Shown one piece after another: positions 1 through 7,688 of a stretch of DNA of 26,013 nt. Position numbers and translations under genes: made by a program. The first letter of the stretch is position 1. The number at the start of each line of letters is the position of its first letter. This stretch comes from Candidatus Velthaea sp. GTDB taxonomy: Bacteria > Vulcanimicrobiota > Vulcanimicrobiia > Vulcanimicrobiales > Vulcanimicrobiaceae. The notes beneath the pieces were generated by a model, which was given only the letters and a program-made list of their open reading frames with translations, was not told the DNA's origin and did not search any database. The stretch is taken from the NCBI GenBank assembly GCA_050012475.1, contig JBEKHC010000076.1, forward strand, positions 1-26,013, written 5' to 3'.

Positions 1-1
1 G

Positions 2-892
2 ACCGGCGCGGTCGGCGCGCTCGCACCGCGAGCAGCGCTCGCGGCACGGAGCAGTTCGCTGCGGATGCGCTGGTACGGCGGAGGCGTGTACGAGCTCGCG
101 ACGCTCGACGATCGTGCGATCGTTCTCGTCGACGCTTGGATCTGGAACAATACCGGCTTCGCCGCGTTCGGCAGCGCGAAACCACCTGAACTTGCAAGCG
201 CCGCCGCGTACGCGGCGCACCTGCAAGCGCGCAAGCCCGAAGCCGTGATCGTCGCGCTCACCCACGATCACGGCGATCACATCGGCGACTACTTCGAGCT
301 TCTGAGCGCGCTCGTCGCAGCAAACATTCCGGTCAGGACGGTCGGGCAAAGCGATCTGGTGCGCACCGGTCTCGTGCCGCGCTTCCGCGCCGCGAATCTC
401 GATCCGGCGCACATCGTGCTCAACGGCGGCGCCGGCATCAATATGGGCGGCGCTGCATCGTACAACGGGGTCGCGCTCGAACTCGTGCCGGCGGTTCACT
501 CCAACAGCTCGGGTTTTCCGGCGGCCGGCTTCATCATCGACATCGGCGGCATGCGCGTGTACGCCTCGGGCGACACCGACCTGTTCAACGATATGGAGCT
601 CATCGGCAGACGGTACGCGCCGGATGTGGGCGTCGTTTCCAGCGGCAACGGAGCGTTCACGATGGGTCCGGAAGATGCCGCGACCGCGTGCGCAATGATC
701 GGGGTGCGGCACGCGGTGCCGGTGCATTACGCACACAATCCGCTCGTGCTCGGGCCGCAATGCGGCGATCTGTTTCGCGCTGCCGTGTCGCGCGTTGCGC
801 CGGCGTGCGGCGTAACGGTCTTACGTCCCGGCGAAACGGCAACGATCTCGGTGGTTCCGGCAGCCCGCCCGGCCCGATCGACAGTAACGTAA
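2..892 (+). CDS. Metal-dependent hydrolase, metallo-beta-lactamase fold (UPF0173-like), probably 5'-truncated by the window edge
   Basis: HxHxDH motif (THDHGDH) plus AVHS, SGDT and VHY motifs. The frame is open from position 2 (TGAVGALAPRAALAARSSSLRM...), which reads like the end of a signal peptide, so the true start is probably upstream of the window. Confidence 0.85.
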   Translation, partial: TGAVGALAPRAALAARSSSLRMRWYGGGVYELATLDDRAIVLVDAWIWNNTGFAAFGSAKPPELASAAAYAAHLQARKPEAVIVALTHDHGDHIGDYFELLSALVAANIPVRTVGQSDLVRTGLVPRFRAANLDPAHIVLNGGAGINMGGAASYNGVALELVPAVHSNSSGFPAAGFIIDIGGMRVYASGDTDLFNDMELIGRRYAPDVGVVSSGNGAFTMGPEDAATACAMIGVRHAVPVHYAHNPLVLGPQCGDLFRAAVSRVAPACGVTVLRPGETATISVVPAARPARSTVT

Positions 893-1069
893 GTTTATTA
901 CGTTCTGCGCAATAACGATCGAATTGGTGTAGCGTGCGCTCGCGCAGGCGGTAGAGTTGCGCCGGTCGATTGGCGCTGCTGCGAGGCTTACGGCCTTCGA
1001 CCGGCTTGACGATACCTGGTCTTCGATGTTCTTACGAAACGCCATCCGCACTCAACGCTGCTTTCGCCC

Positions 1070-1089
1070 CCGCCCTCTTTCGAGGGCGG
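1070..1089 (-). terminator. GC-rich hairpin with GAAA tetraloop, probable terminator between convergent genes
   Basis: The minus strand reads CCGCCCTC-GAAA-GAGGGCGG (8-bp perfect stem), about 65 nt after the stop of 1153..1431. There is no clear U-tract. Confidence 0.45.
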
Positions 1090-1107
1090 CCCCAATGGCG
1101 CTTCGTT

Positions 1108-1147
1108 AACAGCGCCGGAGAAACGCCAACAGCGCCGGAGGGACGCC
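1108..1147. repeat. 20-bp tandem direct repeat, 2 copies
   Basis: AACAGCGCCGGAGAAACGCC followed by AACAGCGCCGGAGGGACGCC (18/20 identical). Confidence 0.8.
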
Positions 1148-1152
1148 GCCGG

Positions 1153-1431
1153 TCAGCTCTTGGGTGGCGGTTCCGGCGCTTGGGGCGCTTGCGCGACTTG
1201 CGCCGGTGCTGCCGAAGGCTGGCCGATCCCAAATTTGCCAAGTTCGGCGTTGATCTCGTTGTTCGCCGCGAGGTCGACACCCGTCTTGAGGAAACCGTCG
1301 ATCATCGAGCCACCGGGAACGTGCGACGCGACCGCATCGATGACGTTGTTGATGCCGTTATCTGCAAACGTGTCGACGCCGGCGTCGGCAGCAAATCCGC
1401 CGACTTTCGCCGCAAGGTTGTCGTCGCCCAT
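1153..1431 (-). CDS. Small acidic hypothetical protein (92 aa), paralog of 24453..24653
   Basis: Protein-like composition with a Pro/Ala/Gln tail. It shares an MGD start and VIDAVAS(H/R)VPGG..I(D/E)G.LK with the 66-aa ORF at 24453..24653. Confidence 0.8.
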   Translation of the reverse strand: MGDDNLAAKVGGFAADAGVDTFADNGINNVIDAVASHVPGGSMIDGFLKTGVDLAANNEINAELGKFGIGQPSAAPAQVAQAPQAPEPPPKS

Positions 1432-1444
1432 GAATCACTCGTAC

Positions 1445-1545
1445 GGCTCCGCTCTCGCCCGGAACCAGTCAGCGGCGCGCCGCAACGGCGCGCTTGCCTT
1501 GCGTACTGTATCGCTCGGCAAGCCCCTCTCCCGGCGTTGGGGCAG
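1445..1545 (-). promoter_or_regulatory. Conserved three-hairpin upstream element, copy 1 (candidate cis-regulatory RNA/5' leader)
   Basis: Aligns with 24668..24766. Hairpins are GCCCC/GGGGC, GCGCGCCG-TTG-CGGCGCGC and GGTTCCG-GGCGAGAG-CGGAGCC, the last ending 13 nt before the ATG. Confidence 0.55.
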
Positions 1546-1565
1546 ATGGTCCCATGGCCAAAGAC

Positions 1566-3701
1566 CTATTCCATTAATTGCCGCGCGAGATACGTGAATT
1601 CCAGGGCTGCTTCGAACGAGCGTTCTTTGACGTTTGCACCCGAACTATGACCGCCTTCCATATACTCGAAAAACAGATAAGGAATATGCAGGGCAGCAAG
1701 CTTGGCGGCGAATTTCCGGGCGTGCTGCGGACCGACGCGATCGTCCTTCGTCGTCGTCCAAACCAGCGGTTCGGGATACTTCACGCCGGCGCGGATGTTG
1801 TTGTACGGCGAGATCGCGGCCAAAAACGCGCGCTCGCGTGGAATGGCAACACTGCCGTACTCGCCGACCCATGACGCGCCGGCTTGAATCTTCTCGAAGC
1901 GCAGCATGTCGAGCAGCGGCACCTGAATGTCCACCGCGTGCCAAAGCTCCGGATGTTGCGTGAGCTCGACGCCCATGAGCAAACCGCCGTTCGAGCCGCC
2001 CTGAATGCCGAGATAGCGCGGGCTGGTGATCTTTTTCGCGATGAGGTCGTCGGCCACCGCGGTGAAATCGTCGAACACACGCTGGCGATGCGTCTTGAGC
2101 CCGGCCTCGTGCCAGGCCGGTCCGAACTCGCCGCCGCCGCGAATGTTGGCAAGGACGTAGACGCCGCCGTTGGCGAGCCACAATTTGCCCAACGTCCCGC
2201 TGTATTCGGGCGTCATCGAAATGCCGAAGCCGCCGTAGGCGTGAAGCAGCGTCGGGTTTCGTCCGTCGGCGCGGAGTCGCTTCGGGCGCACGATGAAGTA
2301 GGGAATGCGCGTTCCGTCTTTGGAGATCGCCTCGCTCTGCTCGACGAGATCCGCCGTCGCGTCGAAGCGCGGCGGGAGCGACTTTGCGACCACGGCGGCT
2401 CTCGAGCGGGTGTCGATCCGCCAGAGCGTCGTTGGAATCAGAAAGCTCGTCACCGAAACGAATGCGGTGCTGCCGAATTCATCGGTCGACACGATGTCCA
2501 AACTCGAGTCATCGGCAAATCGAAGCGGCCGGCGCGCCCAGCCGCCGTGCGCGGCCGGCGTGTAGATCGATGCCCGTCCCCGCACGTTTTCGTACGTTGT
2601 GACCAGCAGTCGATCGCGCGTCCCGGCGGCGTTGTCGAACGTTTCGCGCGGGCCCGGAGCGTAGACCAGCATCGGTTCCAGGCGTGCGGGATCGAAGTCC
2701 GCCGCCGCGAGATCGAACGATATCAGCGCGCCCTGCGGAAAAGCCGCGCCGCCCGTGCGCCACGGTTCGTTCAAGTGGAGTAAGAGCCGTCCCGCCGCGA
2801 GCGTCACGAATTCCGCCTTGCGCGGGATGTCGAGCCGCACCAAACCGCGCGGCGTGACGAGGAGCTGCTCGGCCTCGAAAAAGGACAGCCCGCGATGGAC
2901 GATGAGCGCGCGATGCCCCGAACCGTCGTGAAATTCGATCGGCGAGACGCCGACGTCGGCTTTCGTGCCGCGGGTGAGTTCGACCGCCGCCGACAGCGCT
3001 TGTCCGCGCCGCAAGCGCTTGACGACATACGGATAACCCGATGCCGTGAGTTCGCCGGGGCGCCACTCGCGTGCAATCAGCAGCGCATCGTCGCCGGCCC
3101 AGACCGCCTGCTGTTTGCCGCGCGGCAGCGCGAAACCGCCGCGAACGAAGCGGCGAGTCGCCAGATCGAATTCGCGCACGCTCGACGCATCCTCGCCGCC
3201 GTCGGACAGCGCGATCAAACAGCGCCGGCGGCTGGGCGAGTCGCAATCGGCGCCCTGCCAGACCCAGTTCTGCCCTTCGGCTCGCGCCAATTCGTCGAGA
3301 TCGAGGACGGTCGTCCACGCCGGCGCCGAACTTGCGTAGCCGGCGATCGTCGTCGTTCGCCAAATGCCGCGAACGTGCTTGGCGTCTTGCCAGAAGTTGT
3401 ACACCCGTCCGCCGATGATGTCCGGCAGCGGAATCCGGTCTTTGGCCGCGTTGATTGCCAGCGCTTGGGCCTGGAAGCGCGCAAAATGCGGATCGCTGCG
3501 CAGCACGGCGAGCGTTCGCGCATCTTCGGCTCGCACCCAGCTGCGGGCGCGCGCGCCGTTGACGTCTTCGAGCCAGAGAAACGGATCGGCTCCGGCATGC
3601 GCACCCGCTCGTTGGGCAACGGCGGCCGCGAACGTACCGATGATGAGGCACACGCAAGCGGCAACAAGTGCGAGGCCGCGCGCGCGGCTGCGAAACGTCA
3701 C
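1566..3701 (-). CDS. Prolyl oligopeptidase (peptidase S9A) with signal peptide, about 711 aa
   Basis: DPFLWLE N-terminal motif, YGGF, NIRGGGEFGPAWH, catalytic GGSNGG, DDRV and GGH. The start was moved to GTG 3701, which has AGAAAGG upstream and is followed by basic plus hydrophobic signal-peptide-like residues. Confidence 0.93.
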   Translation of the reverse strand: MTFRSRARGLALVAACVCLIIGTFAAAVAQRAGAHAGADPFLWLEDVNGARARSWVRAEDARTLAVLRSDPHFARFQAQALAINAAKDRIPLPDIIGGRVYNFWQDAKHVRGIWRTTTIAGYASSAPAWTTVLDLDELARAEGQNWVWQGADCDSPSRRRCLIALSDGGEDASSVREFDLATRRFVRGGFALPRGKQQAVWAGDDALLIAREWRPGELTASGYPYVVKRLRRGQALSAAVELTRGTKADVGVSPIEFHDGSGHRALIVHRGLSFFEAEQLLVTPRGLVRLDIPRKAEFVTLAAGRLLLHLNEPWRTGGAAFPQGALISFDLAAADFDPARLEPMLVYAPGPRETFDNAAGTRDRLLVTTYENVRGRASIYTPAAHGGWARRPLRFADDSSLDIVSTDEFGSTAFVSVTSFLIPTTLWRIDTRSRAAVVAKSLPPRFDATADLVEQSEAISKDGTRIPYFIVRPKRLRADGRNPTLLHAYGGFGISMTPEYSGTLGKLWLANGGVYVLANIRGGGEFGPAWHEAGLKTHRQRVFDDFTAVADDLIAKKITSPRYLGIQGGSNGGLLMGVELTQHPELWHAVDIQVPLLDMLRFEKIQAGASWVGEYGSVAIPRERAFLAAISPYNNIRAGVKYPEPLVWTTTKDDRVGPQHARKFAAKLAALHIPYLFFEYMEGGHSSGANVKERSFEAALEFTYLARQLME

Positions 3702-4059
3702 GATGATGGCGAACCTTTCTCCTGGGTGACCGAGGGCATCGCTTCGCTGCCCGCCGGCGAGCGACTGCAAAGGGCCGCCGGGACAGCCGTCGCGATCGCG
3801 CGGATTGATCCGAGCTCGGCGCGCCGGTTCGGGTTGGTGGCCCTTCGTCACGCGGGCAAACCGTGCAACGAGCGAAACCGCGCCCACGAAATCAGACGAA
3901 TCCACACCAGACGCCGGCCCTAGTTCCGGCGGCGCCCAGCGGCCTGATCGAGCAGCGGAAGCCGGGCGTCGATGTGCAATCGCTTTCACGTGTCCAACAT
4001 CGCCGATGAACGTGCCAACAGCCTGGCATGGTAACAAATCGAACGGAATCGACGCGTTC

Positions 4060-4464
4060 ATGCTCGATCGCGACCGAGCAAAGGCTGTCGGAACGCACAA
4101 CGTTCCCATCGTCTGCCGCCGGGGCTTTTCGCGTTCCGTCCGGCCGCGGGGCGCGGTGTGGCGTAAGCTCAAGGATGAGGCATACGAACGCTACGGCTTG
4201 GCGCGCGGGCATCGCAGCTTCGTCGACGCCGCGGGGCACCGGCATGCCGCGTTTACCGTCGACCACCTCGTTCCGATCGAGTTGGGCGGTGCACCGAGCG
4301 ACCTGCGAAACTTATGGCCTCAGCCGCAAGCCGCCGCAAAGCGCAAGGACGAGGTCGAAAACGCCCTTCACAATCTCGTCTGCGACGGCCGGATCCAACT
4401 CGAAGCCGCGCAACGCGCGATCGCGCACGATTGGAAAACCGCGCTTGCCGAAGTTCTGCGCTGA
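4060..4464 (+). CDS. Small HNH-like (His-Me finger) endonuclease family protein; start uncertain (4006 or 4060)
   Basis: VDHLVPIELGG...NLWPQP...KD.VEN.LH..VC.G...L..AQ.AIA.DW pattern typical of standalone HNH-like proteins. Confidence 0.75.
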   Translation: MLDRDRAKAVGTHNVPIVCRRGFSRSVRPRGAVWRKLKDEAYERYGLARGHRSFVDAAGHRHAAFTVDHLVPIELGGAPSDLRNLWPQPQAAAKRKDEVENALHNLVCDGRIQLEAAQRAIAHDWKTALAEVLR

Positions 4465-4751
4465 GCGCGGGGGCGAAACAAAGTACGCATAATTTTTTTT
4501 CGCGAACACAAGCCGGTGGTTCGCGGCCTCGCGTTCGATCGATTTGAGCTCGATCGTTGAACGATGTCGGCTTCAAAGCGCTGCCGACCGTGTTACGGGC
4601 GTCCGGCAGCACCCGAGCGAGGCTTGCCGTTCGAAGGACCGCCCGGCGTTCCTTCGGTTCTGATCGGCGAACGTCGTCGTGCAGTCTGCCATGCATCTGG
4701 CACTGCGATAGCGTAGCCTTTCGGTATGACCACTTCTCCCCGCACCGGCTC

Positions 4752-7688
4752 ATGGTTCTGAGCGTAGCGATTACCGACGAGCTCACCCCGCGCCAGCGGG
4801 AAGCCGTCGCTCACCGCGGCGCCAATTTGCTGCTCGAGGCGGTCCCCGGCTCGGGGAAGACGCGCGTCATCGCCGCCCGCTGCATGGCGCTGCTCGCCGA
4901 GGGGATCGCTGCCTCGGAAATCCTCTTGCTGACGTTCTCGCGCCGCGCGGCGGGGGAGTTGCGGGACCGGCTGGCGCGCGCGCTGCCGCACGCCGCATTG
5001 CCCGAGATTCGCACCTTTCATGGCTTCGCCGCGCAGCTGCTGGCCGAGACAGGGACCGCCGGTCATTCGCGGCGCTTGCTCTCCGAGCCGGCCCAGCGCG
5101 CAATGCTCGAGTACGCGATCGGCTCGACCACGCTTGCATCCCTGCCCGCCGACGTTCGGCGCTCGTCCCTCTTCCGTGAAGCCGCCGGCGCGCGCATCGC
5201 GGATCTGCGCCGCTCCGCACCTGCAGCGTTAGCGCAACTCGCCCAACGGGCAACCCCGCGAATCGCGGATCTGCTCCAGCTCGCGCAGGCCCAAACGCGC
5301 CTGCGCGATCGGCTTGGCGTCGCCGACTACGACGACCTCGTCGCCTGCGCCCTCGAGCTGGCCTCAACACCGGACAGCGCCCTCGCGCGCGCGCTGCGCG
5401 GCCGTTACCGCCACGTGCTCGTCGACGAGTTTCAAGATACGGACGCGCAGCAGCTTGCGCTTGTGGAGCGGCTCGGCGGCGAAGTATTCGCGGTCGGCGA
5501 CTCGGCCCAGGCGATCTACGGCTTTCGCGGCGCCGCGCGCGACGCGTTGATGCGAGCGCGCACGGCGTTGACGATGACAACGCTTCCGCTCGACGAGAGC
5601 TTTCGCTGCCCGGCGGCCGTGTGCGAGCTCGCCCGCGGCGTCTGGCCCTCCCGGCCCGCGTTGCATTCGGGCACCGGCCGGGCGGGCGACGTTTCGTTTC
5701 AGCGCGCGTCGTCGCCGCGCGATGAGGCCGCACATATCGGCGAATTGATCGCCGATGCCGTCGATGACGGCACCCCCGAGCGGGAAATCGCCGTTCTGGT
5801 GCGCAGCGCCGAGCCGCTGGCGCGGCTGGTCGAGCAGGAGTTGCGTTCGCGCGGTGTTGCGGTCGCCCGCCGGGGCGGCGAAAACGTGCTCGACGATCTC
5901 GCCGTTGACGCCATCTGCGCGGCGCTCAGCGCGCTGGCCGATCCCGCCGACCACGCGGGCTGGAATCGGGTGTTCGCGCACCCGGTCCACGGGATCGCGC
6001 CTCTCGCGCTTCGTTTGGAGCTCGACACGGCGCCGCTGCGCAGCTTTGACGATGCCTGCCGGTTTGCCGAAGGGCTGGGTGCACGTTCGCGCGTCTCGGG
6101 TGCGCGTCTCGCTGGGGCTTTGCGTTCGGCACGCGAAGCTTGGGACGGCGGCGATCCCCTGCGTAGCGCGCGATCGTTCGCCGCGGAAGCCGACGTGCTC
6201 GGCTTTGTGGTCGCGGCCAGCGAGCCCGAGGTTCAGCGCAGCAGCCGGCGGATCACGCAGTTCCTCGAAGCGCTCGGCGACGTGCGCGACGTTCGGACGC
6301 GGCTCGGGCTGGACGCCGGGTCAAGCGCCGTCTTCAACGATTTTCTGGCCTGCAGCGAATCGTGGTCAGCCGACACGGAAGCCATCGACAACGAGCCGGG
6401 AGTACGCGTCCTGACGGTTCACGCGGCAAAAGGCCTCGAGTTTGATTTCGTGGTCATCGCCGACGCCGTCGACGGCCGCTTTCCGCAAGAATGGCGGCCG
6501 GACGCGCTGCTGAGCGAAGCGGAAATCGCGGACGCGCGCAGCTGCGGCGTCGATCTCGCCACGCGCACTGCCGAACACGACGAAGAAGAGCGGGCACTCT
6601 GGTACGTGGCGGTCACCCGCTCGAAAAACCGGCTGCGTATCTGCTGGTCTGAAACGGATGTCGCCGGTTCGCCGCAGCGCCCGAGCCGCTTCATCCCGCT
6701 CGAAGCGCGAACGCGGGCGCTGCACGAGCCGAGTTTCGCCGCGCCGCTGGCGTATGCTCCGGCGCCGGAGCTCAAGGGGCTTCAGCCGCCCGGAATCGCT
6801 TCTTTGACCCGCCCCGTCCGCACGAGTTCGATCGAAATGTGGTTGGCATGCCGGCGCAAGTTCTACTACGGCGCGCTGTTGCGCATCGGCAGTGACGAAC
6901 GCGGGTTCAAACCAAAACTCGGCAGCCTCGTCCACGCCGCAATTCAAGCGTTCCACACGACGGTTCGCGACTTTCGCACGGTCGCGCAAGGCGCGCACGA
7001 AGCATGGGCAACGCAGCTTCGCGACCACGCGCGCGAAGCCGTCAGCGCGGCTGCGAACGTCGCATTCGATTCGCCGCTCGAGACCGACGCGGCGCTGCGG
7101 GCGGCGGATCGGATGCTCGATCGTTACGCGCGCGAACTCGAAACGGTCGCACGCCGGACGGCGGGCGGCTTCGAGGTCGTCGCCAGCGAGGAACCCGTCC
7201 GCTACGACTGTGCCGGCGTCGCTTTCGCGGGGAAGATCGATCGGATCGACCGGCGCGTGGACGGGTCGCTCGTCCTCGTCGACGTCAAAACCGGAGCGTT
7301 TCAGAAAAAGAAAGCCATGGTCACGGCCTTTTCAAAACTCGCCGGCGTCGTGACCGCCGGAGAACTGTGGGTCAAGACGACGCCGCCGGCAAATCCGCAG
7401 TTAGCCCTCTATCGACACGCCCGGACCGGCACCCGAGCACTTGCGTACCTCTACCTCGAGAGCCGGCCAAAATTCAGTGATTTCTCGGACGCAGCCCACG
7501 CCGACGAGCTGGATCTCGTTGCGGATGCGGATGTTCTCGGCGCCCTCGACAACGCGCTTGTCGAAACGTTTTTCGTCCCGTGGACGAGCGGCGCGATAAC
7601 CGACGTCGAGCCGACGCGCAACGCCCAAGCGTGCCGGTTCTGTGAATTCGTCACCGTCTGTCCGGGCTATCTCGAGGACGAAGACTAG
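4752..7688 (+). CDS. ATP-dependent DNA helicase-nuclease subunit 1 (UvrD/SF1A helicase plus C-terminal PD-(D/E)XK nuclease; AdnAB/AddAB-like)
   Basis: Q motif LTPRQREAV, Walker A PGSGKT, TFH, Walker B VDEFQD, VGDSAQAIYGFRGA, TVHAAKGLEF and YVAVTRSK. Nuclease motifs GKIDRID...DVKTG...QLALY, with one upstream Cys plus C-x2-C-x5-C. The start is placed at ATG 4752, just ahead of the Q motif. Confidence 0.92.
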   Translation: MVLSVAITDELTPRQREAVAHRGANLLLEAVPGSGKTRVIAARCMALLAEGIAASEILLLTFSRRAAGELRDRLARALPHAALPEIRTFHGFAAQLLAETGTAGHSRRLLSEPAQRAMLEYAIGSTTLASLPADVRRSSLFREAAGARIADLRRSAPAALAQLAQRATPRIADLLQLAQAQTRLRDRLGVADYDDLVACALELASTPDSALARALRGRYRHVLVDEFQDTDAQQLALVERLGGEVFAVGDSAQAIYGFRGAARDALMRARTALTMTTLPLDESFRCPAAVCELARGVWPSRPALHSGTGRAGDVSFQRASSPRDEAAHIGELIADAVDDGTPEREIAVLVRSAEPLARLVEQELRSRGVAVARRGGENVLDDLAVDAICAALSALADPADHAGWNRVFAHPVHGIAPLALRLELDTAPLRSFDDACRFAEGLGARSRVSGARLAGALRSAREAWDGGDPLRSARSFAAEADVLGFVVAASEPEVQRSSRRITQFLEALGDVRDVRTRLGLDAGSSAVFNDFLACSESWSADTEAIDNEPGVRVLTVHAAKGLEFDFVVIADAVDGRFPQEWRPDALLSEAEIADARSCGVDLATRTAEHDEEERALWYVAVTRSKNRLRICWSETDVAGSPQRPSRFIPLEARTRALHEPSFAAPLAYAPAPELKGLQPPGIASLTRPVRTSSIEMWLACRRKFYYGALLRIGSDERGFKPKLGSLVHAAIQAFHTTVRDFRTVAQGAHEAWATQLRDHAREAVSAAANVAFDSPLETDAALRAADRMLDRYARELETVARRTAGGFEVVASEEPVRYDCAGVAFAGKIDRIDRRVDGSLVLVDVKTGAFQKKKAMVTAFSKLAGVVTAGELWVKTTPPANPQLALYRHARTGTRALAYLYLESRPKFSDFSDAAHADELDLVADADVLGALDNALVETFFVPWTSGAITDVEPTRNAQACRFCEFVTVCPGYLEDED

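Noticed and set aside
821..1051. 76-aa minus-strand ORF
   Set aside because: It overlaps the hydrolase 3' end and has no clear ribosome-binding site or recognisable motif.
1055..1095. Resemblance to a c-di-GMP-I riboswitch (GAAA hairpin followed by GCGAAAGC on the minus strand)
   Set aside because: It lacks the conserved GCAAAC 5' strand, the second stem with tetraloop receptor, and a convincing downstream gene.
1613..1626. CGAAC-GAGC-GTTCT SOS-box-like word
   Set aside because: It is inside the peptidase coding sequence and has no counterpart upstream of the paralogous small gene, so it is probably chance.
3702..4172. 157-aa N-terminal extension of the 868-aa peptidase ORF
   Set aside because: It is low-complexity Arg/Ala/Pro sequence that overlaps the HNH gene on the other strand. 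A signal peptide and ribosome-binding site point to GTG 3701.
4503..4523. CGAAC...GTTCG upstream of the helicase pair as an SOS box
   Set aside because: The spacer is 11 nt, not 4.
4557..4751. N-terminal extension of helicase 1
   Set aside because: It lies before the Q motif and is not protein-like. ATG 4752 fits the usual UvrD start.
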